DNA of 64,000 nucleotides from a virus. The stretch lies in the IMG/VR virus record IMGVR_UViG_3300046501_000082, positions 1 to 64,000 of that record, one strand, 5' to 3'. The notes below the pieces were generated by a model. The model searched no databases. It had not been told where the DNA came from and saw nothing but the letters and a program-made list of their open reading frames with translations. The first letter of the stretch is position 1; each line of letters starts with the position of its first letter. A program made the position numbers and the translations under genes. Below are positions 37,716 through 48,128 of this stretch, one piece after another.

Positions 37716-38479
37716 TTAGCCTTCTCCTGAGCCAAAACACGCTCTGCAAAGAATACCAACTTCTCAGCATCATAGATAGAGTTATTACCCTTCTTTTTCT
37801 TACCGTTACGATCAGCAGCAATCCGCCACACAGCTTTAAGAAGATTACCTTCAGCAAATGTCAAACCAAGAGACTCAATAATGTCATTGGCTTCAGCGTA
37901 ATAAGGTTGCTCAAGTGTTGTAGGATTGGCTACAAACACTTTGTAATAATCTACAGAGCCACCTGTATGCTCTTCTTTTCCAGACTTAGGTCCATACGTT
38001 AGGAAGGCGTAATCACTAGGGGGTACTTTATCAATCTTATCAGTCAAGTCTTTAAGTTCTTGCATCTTCTCTTTTGAAGCACTCAACAACTCTAACTCAT
38101 CTTCATTGAAATACTCTGTATGCCCCAAAGACTCTACAGCATATTCATAATTACTTTGATCATTCTTTACAATATAACCAACAAACCCTTCTGGGACTGA
38201 CGGAGTGTTTTTAGTGGAGATGACGCGATCACCTACTTGGAAGCGTTTAGGTTTATCTTCAACATACAGTGTGAAGTCTGCAAAACAATTCTGCAAGCCT
38301 TTGTGGACATACTTGAGCATAACCTCTTTATCGCGCACGTCAATCCAAACACCTTTAACTTTCAAGTTTTCAACTACAGTAAATACTGTACCTACCTCCA
38401 CATCTATACTGTTAGGGCCAATTGTTACTTTCTGTCCTACTTTAAATTCTTGCATAACTCTCTCCAATACTATTTGCAC
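37712..38479 (-). CDS. SH3/KOW-like repeats fused to DUF3310-like domain
   Basis: FKVGQKV / FQVGDRV repeats; GG..DYY...DIIE.L...F.EGN..KA.WR. Confidence 0.65.
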   Translation of the reverse strand: MQIVLERVMQEFKVGQKVTIGPNSIDVEVGTVFTVVENLKVKGVWIDVRDKEVMLKYVHKGLQNCFADFTLYVEDKPKRFQVGDRVISTKNTPSVPEGFVGYIVKNDQSNYEYAVESLGHTEYFNEDELELLSASKEKMQELKDLTDKIDKVPPSDYAFLTYGPKSGKEEHTGGSVDYYKVFVANPTTLEQPYYAEANDIIESLGLTFAEGNLLKAVWRIAADRNGKKKKGNNSIYDAEKLVFFAERVLAQEKAK

Positions 38480-38512
38480 AACCCTGTGCGTTAATGTCCT
38501 ATGCAGCTTACA

Positions 38513-39421
38513 TCAAACGATGTTACGAAGCAAGCTTTCTTTTTTCTCTTTACTCAAAAGATTCTTATGGCCTCGACGGTATTGACCAGTCTTCAAGTTC
38601 CTATATTTATCATACTTCCCGAGGTTACTGTAAATGAACCCCTCTTTCACCCAACCACTCATATCTGTAATTTCATCTTCATACACTTCAAATACAGGAA
38701 GTGTTGTAGACCAAGGGGCTACTAGTTCGTACAACTCTTGAAGAGACACAACATCAATAATATTGTAGTCACGCATTTCGCGGATAGCTTCAGGATTACC
38801 TTGACAGAAGGCTTTCCAAAGCAAAAACCCAGCAAACTTACCGTGACCTGACTTCTCAGTCTTACAAAGTTTTCGTGTTAGTGCAATCAATTTATTACTA
38901 GAGAAACCAAACTCTTTCTTGCAGATTTCCAATGTATCGAGCACACGCACAGGACTGTGAGGTGGCAAACCATAAGTAATCATGAAAGATCGAATCTTTT
39001 TCATATCGAATCGACGGCCATTGTGAGCAATGATGAAATGTGCTTCGTCTAGTAGCTCATGTAGCTTCTGCAACAATTCAAGCTCTGTATACTCACTCAC
39101 GTCAAAATACATAACTTCGTCATCTTCAATCCATTTAGCTGCAAAAGAAAGAAGTGAGATATCCTCTTCAATCTGATCAACTGAGAAGTTCTGATTAAAC
39201 AAACCAAAACCTTGAAGTGTCATGTACTTTGTTTCAATGTCCAGCACTAACACTCGTGGACCTTTCTTAGTAGCTTTCACCTGTTGTTTAGCATCAAATA
39301 TAAACTTAAAGAAATCATTAACCTGACTCTTACTTTTACCGATGATATTAGCAATAGCTCGGCCGCTAAAACCTTTATCACGCAAGCTCAATGCTTCATT
39401 GTGCCACTCTTTACTGATCAA
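38513..39421 (-). CDS. DEDD/RNase H-like exonuclease with N-terminal HTH
   Basis: LDIET, AHNG..FD, YN..DV motifs. Confidence 0.85.
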   Translation of the reverse strand: MISKEWHNEALSLRDKGFSGRAIANIIGKSKSQVNDFFKFIFDAKQQVKATKKGPRVLVLDIETKYMTLQGFGLFNQNFSVDQIEEDISLLSFAAKWIEDDEVMYFDVSEYTELELLQKLHELLDEAHFIIAHNGRRFDMKKIRSFMITYGLPPHSPVRVLDTLEICKKEFGFSSNKLIALTRKLCKTEKSGHGKFAGFLLWKAFCQGNPEAIREMRDYNIIDVVSLQELYELVAPWSTTLPVFEVYEDEITDMSGWVKEGFIYSNLGKYDKYRNLKTGQYRRGHKNLLSKEKKESLLRNIV

Positions 39422-39432
39422 AATACTTCTCC

Positions 39433-39789
39433 TTAAATTAGTTTTTGCAAAGTTGTAATCAAATTCACAATGTCTTCTTTTTCGTAAACTGCAAATCTGA
39501 TTGGGTCTTCAGTATTTGGATAATCTGCATACCGCCCAGTGAACTCAAAGTCCATACGGAAGCTCTTGTTTGAATCCTTTTCGGCTACATCAAGTTTGTC
39601 ACAGAAATCCTCATAAGAGCCCATTTCCAACGCCATCGGCTCAACTGCGGACTCTATCCAGTCTATATAATCTTTACCACAGTTACACCACTTGATCAGA
39701 AAATTTGAGCTATCAAAAGAATCCCTCCGGTATTCGGTGTAAAGAATACCCTCAAGGGTCATAAATTCTTTAAGCCCCACAATACGCAT
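39433..39789 (-). CDS. hypothetical protein
   Basis: In operon. Confidence 0.65.
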   Translation of the reverse strand: MRIVGLKEFMTLEGILYTEYRRDSFDSSNFLIKWCNCGKDYIDWIESAVEPMALEMGSYEDFCDKLDVAEKDSNKSFRMDFEFTGRYADYPNTEDPIRFAVYEKEDIVNLITTLQKLI

Positions 39790-39792
39790 TAA

Positions 39793-40017
39793 TTATTCCC
39801 CTTTCTTAAGTTGTAGACAAAGCTCATATAATTCGTTGTTCATAGCAATCACAATATCCAATGTCTCTTGCTTTTCATACGGCGAGAGAGTTGCAAAGGT
39901 ACTTGATATAACTTCATTCCTCTCCTTCCAGTATTCAAGCTGAACATTTACTGGCACTACATCAATCGCTTCAATTTCCTTCACAATATCTCTAGGTTTA
40001 AACTCTAAGATTGTCAT
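39793..40017 (-). CDS. hypothetical protein
   Basis: In operon, RBS GAGG. Confidence 0.6.
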   Translation of the reverse strand: MTILEFKPRDIVKEIEAIDVVPVNVQLEYWKERNEVISSTFATLSPYEKQETLDIVIAMNNELYELCLQLKKGE

Positions 40018-40168
40018 AGCTTGACCTCTAGGCCATACTCCCTAAGATTTGATTACAGAACACATAATAGTAGGTAGAGAACTCAACAATAAGTTGCCAC
40101 ATCAAATAATCACGTTTCATTTAAATTCCTCATCAAATTTTTCATTGTCTGAACTAGCTTCGTTATAT

Positions 40169-40372
40169 TTATTGACCAATACGCTTCAGATAATCCGTAT
40201 AGGATTCGTTAGGCCATTGTGGTGGACGATCATTGAACTGATCTACATCTGATTGCTTCCAGTTCAAAGGATTGTAAACCTTGATTTGACTAACTTCAGC
40301 ACGTAATTCTTTTAGTTCTCTGTCAAGCACATCTAGCTTCTTGTAAAGCTGAATGAAATCATAATCACTCAT
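40169..40372 (-). CDS. hypothetical coiled-coil protein
   Basis: In operon. Confidence 0.6.
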   Translation of the reverse strand: MSDYDFIQLYKKLDVLDRELKELRAEVSQIKVYNPLNWKQSDVDQFNDRPPQWPNESYTDYLKRIGQ

Positions 40373-40964
40373 TGTGTTCTTTCCTCAATTCTTCAATGAT
40401 TTGTTCACGTCTAAGCTTGGCATTACTTTTTGGTGTGATTCCACGTTCAGAAAGCCATGACTTATCCTTTTTCTGCTTGATAATGTCAATGCATTCTTTT
40501 TGACAAAGCGCCTCATTCCAACTTACTCCGTGACGTTCCATGTAGGTCTTTACTTCGTGGCAGCCCTTATGATTTTTCTTAGGGTCATCAATACAAAGTA
40601 TCTGTAAATCATCATAACCAACGTCAAGACGACTGAAAATGTACTTACTAAAGTCTTCCCTAGTCTTACACTCAAACTCGCCAATGCGATGATCAACGTT
40701 AACACAATCAAGTTTGAACATCTTATGACAAATATTACACTCAAGCAACCACTTTGTTCGTGTTGACTCATCCATGTCTGGGATGATCCTATCCTCAAGA
40801 AACACAAGTTTATGCGCTGCTGTCATCCAAGCTGAATCGATTGCTTTACGAATAATGCGTACAAGCTCAGTTTCTTTTAGGTGCCCATCTTCAGTAACTT
40901 TTTTAGCAAGAACATCCCTATTCTTTTTACGTTTATCTAAGTCAGCCTGAGAGGGAACTGTCAT
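40365..40964 (-). CDS. HNH-like endonuclease (replication/recombination block)
   Basis: CxxC, VDH, LQILC...CH..KT motifs. Confidence 0.75.
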   Translation of the reverse strand: MTVPSQADLDKRKKNRDVLAKKVTEDGHLKETELVRIIRKAIDSAWMTAAHKLVFLEDRIIPDMDESTRTKWLLECNICHKMFKLDCVNVDHRIGEFECKTREDFSKYIFSRLDVGYDDLQILCIDDPKKNHKGCHEVKTYMERHGVSWNEALCQKECIDIIKQKKDKSWLSERGITPKSNAKLRREQIIEELRKEHNE

Positions 40965-41305
40965 TCCACAAACTCAGTCTTGAATGCTGCATAACGTTGT
41001 TTAGTAACGATGTGCTCAGGAATAATAACCTCTGGTACTACTTCATCATAATCCTCAACTTTAAAGTATTCAGGTGAGCTATCCCACTCAGTTCCCCAAG
41101 AATCATCCCAAGTACCGTTACGACTAACCAAAACATTCAAGAAGTCACTTGCATCCAAATCATCTTCAGCAAGAGAGTCTACATCTTCTTGACGGATAGT
41201 GTGTGAAGTTGTGATGTAGAATGAAGAGTATTTACGAAACTCTTTCTCAGACTCACCTACTTCAGAAATGTATTCCCACAGTTGCTCTTCTGTAATCTTT
41301 TTCAT
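40961..41305 (-). CDS. acidic hypothetical protein
   Basis: In operon. Confidence 0.7.
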   Translation of the reverse strand: MKKITEEQLWEYISEVGESEKEFRKYSSFYITTSHTIRQEDVDSLAEDDLDASDFLNVLVSRNGTWDDSWGTEWDSSPEYFKVEDYDEVVPEVIIPEHIVTKQRYAAFKTEFVE

Positions 41306-42225
41306 TTTAGATTCTCCACATAATCATTAAAGTTAAATACTTCACCTTCTTTACGACGCAAGTATAGGAAGAAAGCATTGTCTGCAAGGCGTTGTTGGTA
41401 GTCATCAGGCCATGACAAGGAGTAGGCTTCTATCACCCTTTCTACCATCTCTTTTTCCGTTGTACAACCACTTAGAAGCTTACTTGCAGCAACTGGCCCT
41501 GCACCATTTGTCTTGATCCCGTACTTATCTTTTGTATCTTGATGAACTACTTCCAAACCCATAATGTTATCTGCTGTGTCACCACAAATCACCTGAGTCC
41601 AGTATTCAGTGTATTGACTCTTAGCATCTTGCCAAAACACACCTTTATCAAGTTTGTTGTAGTTTAGATATTGTCCTTGTCCGTTTGCAGTGATGTCCTT
41701 ATCAACGTATGCCACAACAAGGTTATCAGACGTGCCCTCACGAAGTGCGTTCCAAGCCCTAATGTTTACAAGGTCATCCGTCTCTTCACCTCGGCTGACA
41801 ATACACTTTTCTTTGTACTTACGTTCCATGTATTCAAAACACTCGGCAAACAATAATGGTTTGGGTACACGCTGTGCTTTGTACTGGACAAACTGTGACT
41901 CATAAAACTTACGAAAATTCCCTTCACCTTGAATGCACACACGGTAATCATCACAACCGCTTGCCTCTACAATCGCTTCAATCTTTTGCTTGATTGTTTG
42001 AAATGCAAATTTAGGTTCACCACTCACTTCACTGATTGTTTCAAAGCTATAGTCTTTCTTGTCACGATTATTTTCTTTAGCCCAATCATTGAAAGCAGTC
42101 TTGGATTCAAACAGCTTCTTTCTGTCTTGGGCAATATTAGTGACAAGACATTTATTAGTTTGTTGCATTGACGCTGAAGCATACAGGATCGTGTCAGCAT
42201 CAACTAACAGTAACTTACTCGTCAT
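41302..42225 (-). CDS. 5'-3' exonuclease (T7 gp6/FEN-like)
   Basis: LVDAD, NFR..., YK..R, E.DD, DKD, GD.ADNI.G motifs; start at MTSKLL. Confidence 0.9.
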   Translation of the reverse strand: MTSKLLLVDADTILYASASMQQTNKCLVTNIAQDRKKLFESKTAFNDWAKENNRDKKDYSFETISEVSGEPKFAFQTIKQKIEAIVEASGCDDYRVCIQGEGNFRKFYESQFVQYKAQRVPKPLLFAECFEYMERKYKEKCIVSRGEETDDLVNIRAWNALREGTSDNLVVAYVDKDITANGQGQYLNYNKLDKGVFWQDAKSQYTEYWTQVICGDTADNIMGLEVVHQDTKDKYGIKTNGAGPVAASKLLSGCTTEKEMVERVIEAYSLSWPDDYQQRLADNAFFLYLRRKEGEVFNFNDYVENLK

Positions 42226-42427
42226 CTTCCTCCTCCCAAAGATCAAAGATGTCTTTAATTTGAGGATCATCATAATAATCTGATTCGCAAAGATTATCCC
42301 AGTCTTGACATTCAAGAGCTTCATTGACATCTACAAGAATAGTCTTGAATTGTTTATCGCTTACTTTAGCTTCACGAAGTGCTTCAACTAGTGTGTTAAA
42401 GATTTGTGTACCACCGCCCCATCCCAT
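42215..42427 (-). CDS. hypothetical protein (MGWGGG...DWD)
   Basis: RBS GGAGG. Confidence 0.65.
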   Translation of the reverse strand: MGWGGGTQIFNTLVEALREAKVSDKQFKTILVDVNEALECQDWDNLCESDYYDDPQIKDIFDLWEEEDDE

Positions 42428-42475
42428 ATAAACCTCCAGATATAAATAAGGGGGCTTTGCAGCCACAAATGTTAC

Positions 42476-42724
42476 TTAGCTATACGCTTCCTGAATCTGT
42501 TGAAGCTTATTTAACTCTTCAACTTTCTCTGCAAGGTTGTCTTGCTTCGCCTTAGCAGCTGCTGCTTTGATAATGTCTGCAACTTCTTTCTTATTGAATC
42601 CGTCTGAGCAGTATTCTTCGTGGTAACTAAACTCAGTTTTAAGTTCACCCAAGTCTTCTTTGAGAACCAAAATTTCTTGGTTCAGTTGATAAGCTCGGTT
42701 AAACAGGTTCTGACGTTCTTTCAT
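42476..42724 (-). CDS. GapR/DsbA(T4)-like small DNA-binding protein
   Basis: L..EI..L.ED..EL....GF.KK....II helical pattern. Confidence 0.5.
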   Translation of the reverse strand: MKERQNLFNRAYQLNQEILVLKEDLGELKTEFSYHEEYCSDGFNKKEVADIIKAAAAKAKQDNLAEKVEELNKLQQIQEAYS

Positions 42725-43263
42725 GATATATTCTCCATTTCTTTTAATTTGTCGGGATCACGTCCCAGTTCATTTAAGCGTTTGTGTTCTTTACCGTGAC
42801 AGCTTGTACAAAGCCAAATAACATCAAGCCAGTGTTCAGGTAAATAAGACCAATGGTGTCCTTGGATTTTCTTTTCAGAAGTTCCGCAGTGCTCACAAGC
42901 TTCAGGTCTTATTAATGTACCGTTCCTTCTGGCAACCGTCATTGCGTCCCTTGCTTTATACTTTTGAGGGTTATTCTTCCTATCTTCTTTGGAATAATCA
43001 GACCTCTTCTTTCTAAACTCCGGGTCAGAGGAATACTTTTGATTCCGTTGCTCAATAGTTCTCTTTCTTCTGTCTACTTCGTTGGGTCTGTTTCTATCGT
43101 AATTATTATAATGCTCTTTCTTATCTTTTCGGTTCTGTTTAACATCAATCTTGGTGCATTCTTTACATCTGTTTGAGTAGCCACCAAGATTTACCGGATG
43201 TTTATAGAATTCCGTAACCTCTTTTTCAACACCACATCTATAACATTTCTTCATCACAACCAA
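42721..43263 (-). mobile_element. HNH endonuclease with N-terminal zinc finger
   Basis: CxxC..K...EF, CKEC, C..CG, GHH..Y..WLC..CH..H. Confidence 0.82.
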
Positions 43264-43295
43264 CCTTTAAAATGGACTTCCTTGTCCAATACATC

Positions 43296-44021
43296 TTAGA
43301 TGATCATGAGCAACCGATCACTGATGCGCATAAAGGGCAAATCTTGTTCAAAAGAATTGTCATCAGCCACAGGAGCAGCTTTAGTCTTTGGTGCGGGCAC
43401 TTCCTCTTCCACTGGCTTAGTCTCAGCCTTTTTAACTTTGTAGCTGCCCATAACGTCGTCAACAACTTCATCGGATGAACCTTTCGATTCATATGGTACG
43501 TGTTCAATCACTTGAACAGTATCCAGAGTTACGGTGAGCTGACCTTCTACGTTTTTATATCCGAACAACTTAAGTGTACACACACTGCCGTTGCCGATGT
43601 TGTCTGTAAAAGCATTACCGTCTTTATCGATGACATTGACAGCCATTTTATTGCCCTTCTTACTAAACTCAGGCTTAGCAATGTTGAAACCCCACAAACC
43701 ATCTACCAGATCATAATTACCTTTACCTTCTTCTACTTGCGAAGACAATGGAAATTTAATTTTCCGAGGAGGCTTAGATGTTTTCGTGATACCTACTTGG
43801 GAAAATGATTTGTTAACCATCACTTCATCAAGCAAGCGATCCTTAGCTTCTTCATCCACGAACACTGTAGCACTGAACTCTTTGTCCACGCTTTGATACT
43901 TCAGCTTTGGCTCATGTACGGCTGCGTAGAACACTACAGCATTCTTAATGTAAACGTTTGCTGTCTCCAAAGTGCCAGATTTAGGCAGGTCACGTACAAT
44001 CACTTCTGTTTTGCTAGCCAT
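43296..44021 (-). CDS. ssb: single-stranded DNA-binding protein (T7 gp2.5-like)
   Basis: IGNGS, L..VQV.E.V.Y, acidic tail with DLPF; highly expressed codon style. Confidence 0.75.
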   Translation of the reverse strand: MASKTEVIVRDLPKSGTLETANVYIKNAVVFYAAVHEPKLKYQSVDKEFSATVFVDEEAKDRLLDEVMVNKSFSQVGITKTSKPPRKIKFPLSSQVEEGKGNYDLVDGLWGFNIAKPEFSKKGNKMAVNVIDKDGNAFTDNIGNGSVCTLKLFGYKNVEGQLTVTLDTVQVIEHVPYESKGSSDEVVDDVMGSYKVKKAETKPVEEEVPAPKTKAAPVADDNSFEQDLPFMRISDRLLMII

Positions 44022-44108
44022 ATTTAATTTTCTCTATTTGGTGTGTATTAAGTTTTGTTCACATTATTGTGAGATATTACCTTGCTATTTGTATCACTAC
44101 AAATTCTT

Positions 44109-44354
44109 TTAGTGCATTGTTTCTTTCTTCTTAACCCGTGTATTCACAATAGGACTTCCTTCTTCATCACCTTCCAAATCTTCTGTGCTCGACTGAAAGT
44201 CACCATCCCCTGTAAACATCTGTGCAAACTCTGTAGCACTTTCACGCTTATAATCTTCCCAAGCAAAGAAGTCTGAAGCTGATTCAAAAGAATATTCAGT
44301 TTCATAAATCAAGGCTTGAAGAGTTTCTTTAGTTTTAACTTTTACGCCTGCCAT
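44109..44354 (-). CDS. hypothetical protein (MAGVKVK...)
   Basis: Coupled to upstream stop. Confidence 0.6.
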   Translation of the reverse strand: MAGVKVKTKETLQALIYETEYSFESASDFFAWEDYKRESATEFAQMFTGDGDFQSSTEDLEGDEEGSPIVNTRVKKKETMH

Positions 44355-44355
44355 A

Positions 44356-44535
44356 TTAGCGTACTTGCCGTTGAGACTGCAATTGATAGACACTCTGTAC
44401 AATCTTAGCCTTCGGATAACCTTGACGCTTCACCAATGCAAGTTCATCACGAGCCTCAGAACGTGTCTCAAGATCAGTTACAATGGCTTCTTGTGCAGCA
44501 ATGATGGAATAGGTGTAGATAGTTTTAGTGCCCAT
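44356..44535 (-). CDS. small hypothetical protein (59 aa, not in ORF track)
   Basis: RBS AGGAG; MGTKTIYTY...RQVR*. Confidence 0.7.
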   Translation of the reverse strand: MGTKTIYTYSIIAAQEAIVTDLETRSEARDELALVKRQGYPKAKIVQSVYQLQSQRQVR

Positions 44536-44555
44536 TTTGTTTCTCCTAGATTAAA

Positions 44556-44981
44556 TTATTTGTTTACAGACATTGCTTTTGGATCAAAGTAACCTACAAA
44601 CCAAGGATAATAATCATCGTCATTATCTGTACCGATGGATACTACCACTTCATTAGTAGTTGTGTCTACTAGATCAAGGATCGAACAAGATTTACTTGTC
44701 CAGTCTTCTTCAGGATCACCGCTTCGAGTTCGATAAACTCCCTTAACTTCTACACCACTGAAAGGGTTTTTAATTTCCTCCTCATCAATTTTTAGTTCGC
44801 CTAAGTAACTCCGATAACCATCACTCGGATCTTCCATGGCTACATATACAACACCATCAAGTTTAAAGCGAATACACTGACAAGCTTCAAAGTAATCATC
44901 CCACTTTTTAATGCTCCCTGTGTACTCGTCAACACCTTGAAGCTGCATCACTCTGCCATGAAAATACTCCGTATCCATCAC
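44556..44981 (-). CDS. hypothetical phage protein (EDPSDGYRS motif)
   Basis: In operon. Confidence 0.7.
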   Translation of the reverse strand: MMDTEYFHGRVMQLQGVDEYTGSIKKWDDYFEACQCIRFKLDGVVYVAMEDPSDGYRSYLGELKIDEEEIKNPFSGVEVKGVYRTRSGDPEEDWTSKSCSILDLVDTTTNEVVVSIGTDNDDDYYPWFVGYFDPKAMSVNK

Positions 44982-45400
44982 TTCCCCTCCTGCACTTTAT
45001 TCAAATATTCCTGAAACAGTTGTGCAGCAACCACTCCATACGAAGGCTCCCTACCATTCAACTTCTCACTAACGTGACGCATAGCTGTGTCATAAGAAGA
45101 TTCGAATGAAGAGGGATCATTTGTGTACTGGTCCATCCACATGTTGAAGGCTGCTGCGTAATCAGGTACTTGCTCGCCTACATCCGTACCGTTCAGTTCA
45201 TCGATAATTCTTGCAGATGTCTCCACCACATCTTGTGCAGAATTACCATAGACTACCACCTTACTGTGCCATGTATTGCTATTTTCCTCTACGAAGTCGA
45301 CACCAGCCTCAAAAATACCCGATTCGTTTTCTCCGTGAAGATCACCTTGTTTGTACATCATTTCTCTCCTCTTCTCATTAGCTAAGAACATTCTGTTCAA
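44978..45400 (-). CDS. hypothetical protein
   Basis: Downstream of promoter 45414-45442. Confidence 0.65.
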   Translation of the reverse strand: MNRMFLANEKRREMMYKQGDLHGENESGIFEAGVDFVEENSNTWHSKVVVYGNSAQDVVETSARIIDELNGTDVGEQVPDYAAAFNMWMDQYTNDPSSFESSYDTAMRHVSEKLNGREPSYGVVAAQLFQEYLNKVQEGK

Positions 45401-45413
45401 TTAGCTTGCGGCT

Positions 45414-45442
45414 ATTGTGAAGCAATTTTATGGGGTTGTCAA
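45414..45442 (-). promoter_or_regulatory. sigma70 promoter
   Basis: TTGACA-17-CACAAT. Confidence 0.75.
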
Positions 45443-45448
45443 GGTTTA

Positions 45449-45709
45449 TTAATGGCAGTTATCCCATCCACTACCAATCACATAACCTGACGTCAATTCT
45501 ACGTTAAGTTTGTAATACTGTCCAGCTTCTTTTACAGATTCCGCTGCCAATTCCCCAGCACGGCACCATGAACGAAAGAAACGTCCGTCTTTTGCATGAC
45601 CAACATCACTCCAGATACGGCCTTCTTCACAGAAATCTTTTGCTTCTTTCTCTGTATCAAACATCTTAAACTTAACTAGGCTTCTTGTCAACTCTAATTG
45701 CGCTTCATC
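45449..45709 (-). CDS. family A DNA polymerase, exon 2 (DEAQ...WDNCH*)
   Basis: Completes HDE motif C; G..W..CH terminus typical of T7-like PolA. Confidence 0.92.
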   Translation of the reverse strand, partial: DEAQLELTRSLVKFKMFDTEKEAKDFCEEGRIWSDVGHAKDGRFFRSWCRAGELAAESVKEAGQYYKLNVELTSGYVIGSGWDNCH

Positions 45710-45946
45710 CATTCAGTTATTGAGTTCGCTAAACTCACTCCGCTTTCACGGAGAATCAGACTATATCACAAACTCTTTCGAGTTTCCTGCCGCTTCGAGT
45801 GCGCTTGCACCCTACTCCCTTCCGGGATAGTCGTTACACGTTCCTATTTCTAGGCTTCGCTCGGGATTGGCATGGCTTTCGCTTTAGCTTTCCCCGAATT
45901 CAACAGGTTATTCAATGCACTTCACAATGCAAGGCCACAATTATTT
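45710..45946 (-). mobile_element. group I intron (237 nt, no ORF) in DNA polymerase
   Basis: 5' splice after CAU with P1 CCAU/GUGG U.G pair; AACGACUAU and GAUAUAGUCU core elements; terminal G; splicing restores AYH|DEAQ. Confidence 0.93.
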
Positions 45947-48124
45947 ATGGTACGCAATCATTTGTTGGCAATACTTTTTACTTTTCCAATCGTCTTTAAA
46001 GAAATCTACCGCGAACCCTTCGGCTTTAAGCTTACGATCATGAATAACCATCGCTCGCTTTGCACAAATTACACCTGCGCTTTGAAATCCACTGTTAATC
46101 ACATTGCCTTTTGAACGAATAGGAAGTTTACGTTTATCAATACCTACAAGAAACTTCTTCTGTCCTGTTGTTTCCCAGTATTGCTGCATACGTTCTTTGA
46201 GTTCTTTGAGCGGATTAGCCAAAGTCCAGAACTCATCAAAAATAATCTGTGCCGTTTCTAGGTCACAACCAACAATTTTAGCTACCCGTGCAACTTGGGC
46301 GTTGTAACTACATCCGTACTTCACAGATTTAGCGCTATTTCGTGGGAAATCACGGCCAATAATCTCTGTAATACGGCGGGCCAATACAGAGTGACAATCA
46401 TTAGGCTTTTCAGCAGTCAGACTTACACCGTACTCCGGGCCACCTTTATAACGGTACACATAATGACTTTCAATCTTAGCCTCAAGGCTGTCAAAATCAT
46501 AACCAAGTTGTACATAGCCTTCACCAACACCAAACAAACTCCTCATTTCCTCCCCGTAAAGGGATGTATTTCGTGGAATGTTCGCCACTAAACGATGCTT
46601 GAATCTGCTGGTCCCAGCGCCGCAAGTATCTGCTGGTGTTGGAATACGTCCATCCTCACGAACGTTCGGCATAAAACCACTTTCATGCTCTTCGTCATTT
46701 TCCTCTGGATCATACCCGCCCCCCAGAATACTATTACGGCGGTGGCTGTAAGTCAAGAAGTCAGCAAGCTTTCTAGCGTGTGGAAAGCTACTTTCTAGTG
46801 CAATAAGACCGGGGCAGATCTCTTTCTCTTGTCCTACCGTCAGCGTGGGGTTGGTTAACACTTTAAAGCTTTTAGCGCACCCTTTTGCCAACAACTTAGC
46901 CTTAATGTTGTTTTTATTAAGGTTCAAGTGCTCTAGACGATATTTGCAGAAAGGACTTGCTAGTGTCTGTTCAACATATCGTTCTACTGCTGCTTCGAAC
47001 TTCTCCTGTGTCAGACGGTTCTTCTTGGCATCACAGGTAAGATCACGCTCCTTCCAAGCGGAAGGGTTCCAGTGAAACTTAGACACTAGCCATTCTTTAA
47101 TGTGGGTTGTGTCTTTCAAAGTTGATGGTACTTCAGTGAGCAATGGTACAGCAGGCATTGGTAGTGGATACTCTTTACCAAAGATTGTTGCTACGTTATC
47201 TTCACTAATTGTTCCTTCGTGTTTAGCTACAAACTTCTTAATGTTTTCATTAAGTTCGCCAGACTTCTTAAACTGTTTTTCCGAAGGTGTGTAGAAATCC
47301 ATGCGCGTCTTAGCCAATGGTTTTGGTGGCAAGACAGGTTCAACTTCACTGCGCAAGGCCTCAAGTTTGATGTCAAGATCACGAACCAGTTCAATTGCAC
47401 GTTCTGTCTTAAAGTCAAATCCTCGGTGCTCTTGGCGAGTGATAATCTCCGCAACAGACTTTTCCAGACTGATAGCGTCTAACCAATCCCAATCACCTTT
47501 CTCAGCCTCCAGCATCTTGTAAACTTTTGTGTTCGCCAAGACATCTATGATGCAATAAAATAACATGTCCGCTGCAAAATGTTTGAAACGAATAGATTCG
47601 TGAATGTGTTTACGAAAAGAATACTTGCGCAAGCCAGCTTTCTCAGACAAAGAGTCCAAGCTATGTCCGCCCAACCTATCCGGGTTAAGCGCTTTGCTTA
47701 TTACAAGTGTATCTTCAAATAGAACAGGTTTACCGCACCAAGTATCTTGTTCAACGGTGAAGTCCATATCTTCTTCAATCTTACCAACCATCAAGTCAAA
47801 ATTGATCTGGTTGTGAGCCACCACTTTATGCAGTGGGTTGTTTAGGACGTAAGCCTTAAACTCAGCAATAGATCGCTTTTCAAACTCAAGAGGTTGATAG
47901 TTTTCAAGAAGATATGTTTGCCCCTCAATTACCTCTTCGTAACGGCGACCATCAAGAATATATTCAGGACCGTCATAAAAGGCAATAATCTTACCAGTTT
48001 GATGTTCTTCCACAACAGTACAATGAGTCTTAAAAGTCTCTTTCAGCTTGAATGGGCTGCTTGTGTAATCGATAGCCTCTTGATTCAAAAGACCTGTTGT
48101 TTCCCGGTCCCAAGTAATATCCAA
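45947..48124 (-). CDS. family A DNA polymerase, exon 1 (TTG start)
   Basis: Exo motifs DRETTGL, AHN..FD, YC..DV; pol motifs DFDSLE, R..AK...YG..Y; RBS AAGGAG 7 nt before TTG 48124. Confidence 0.92.
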
Positions 48125-48128
48125 TTTC

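Noticed and set aside
45799-46114. Plus-strand ORFs over the polymerase intron
   Set aside because: Antisense to ribozyme core and exon; not an intron-encoded nuclease
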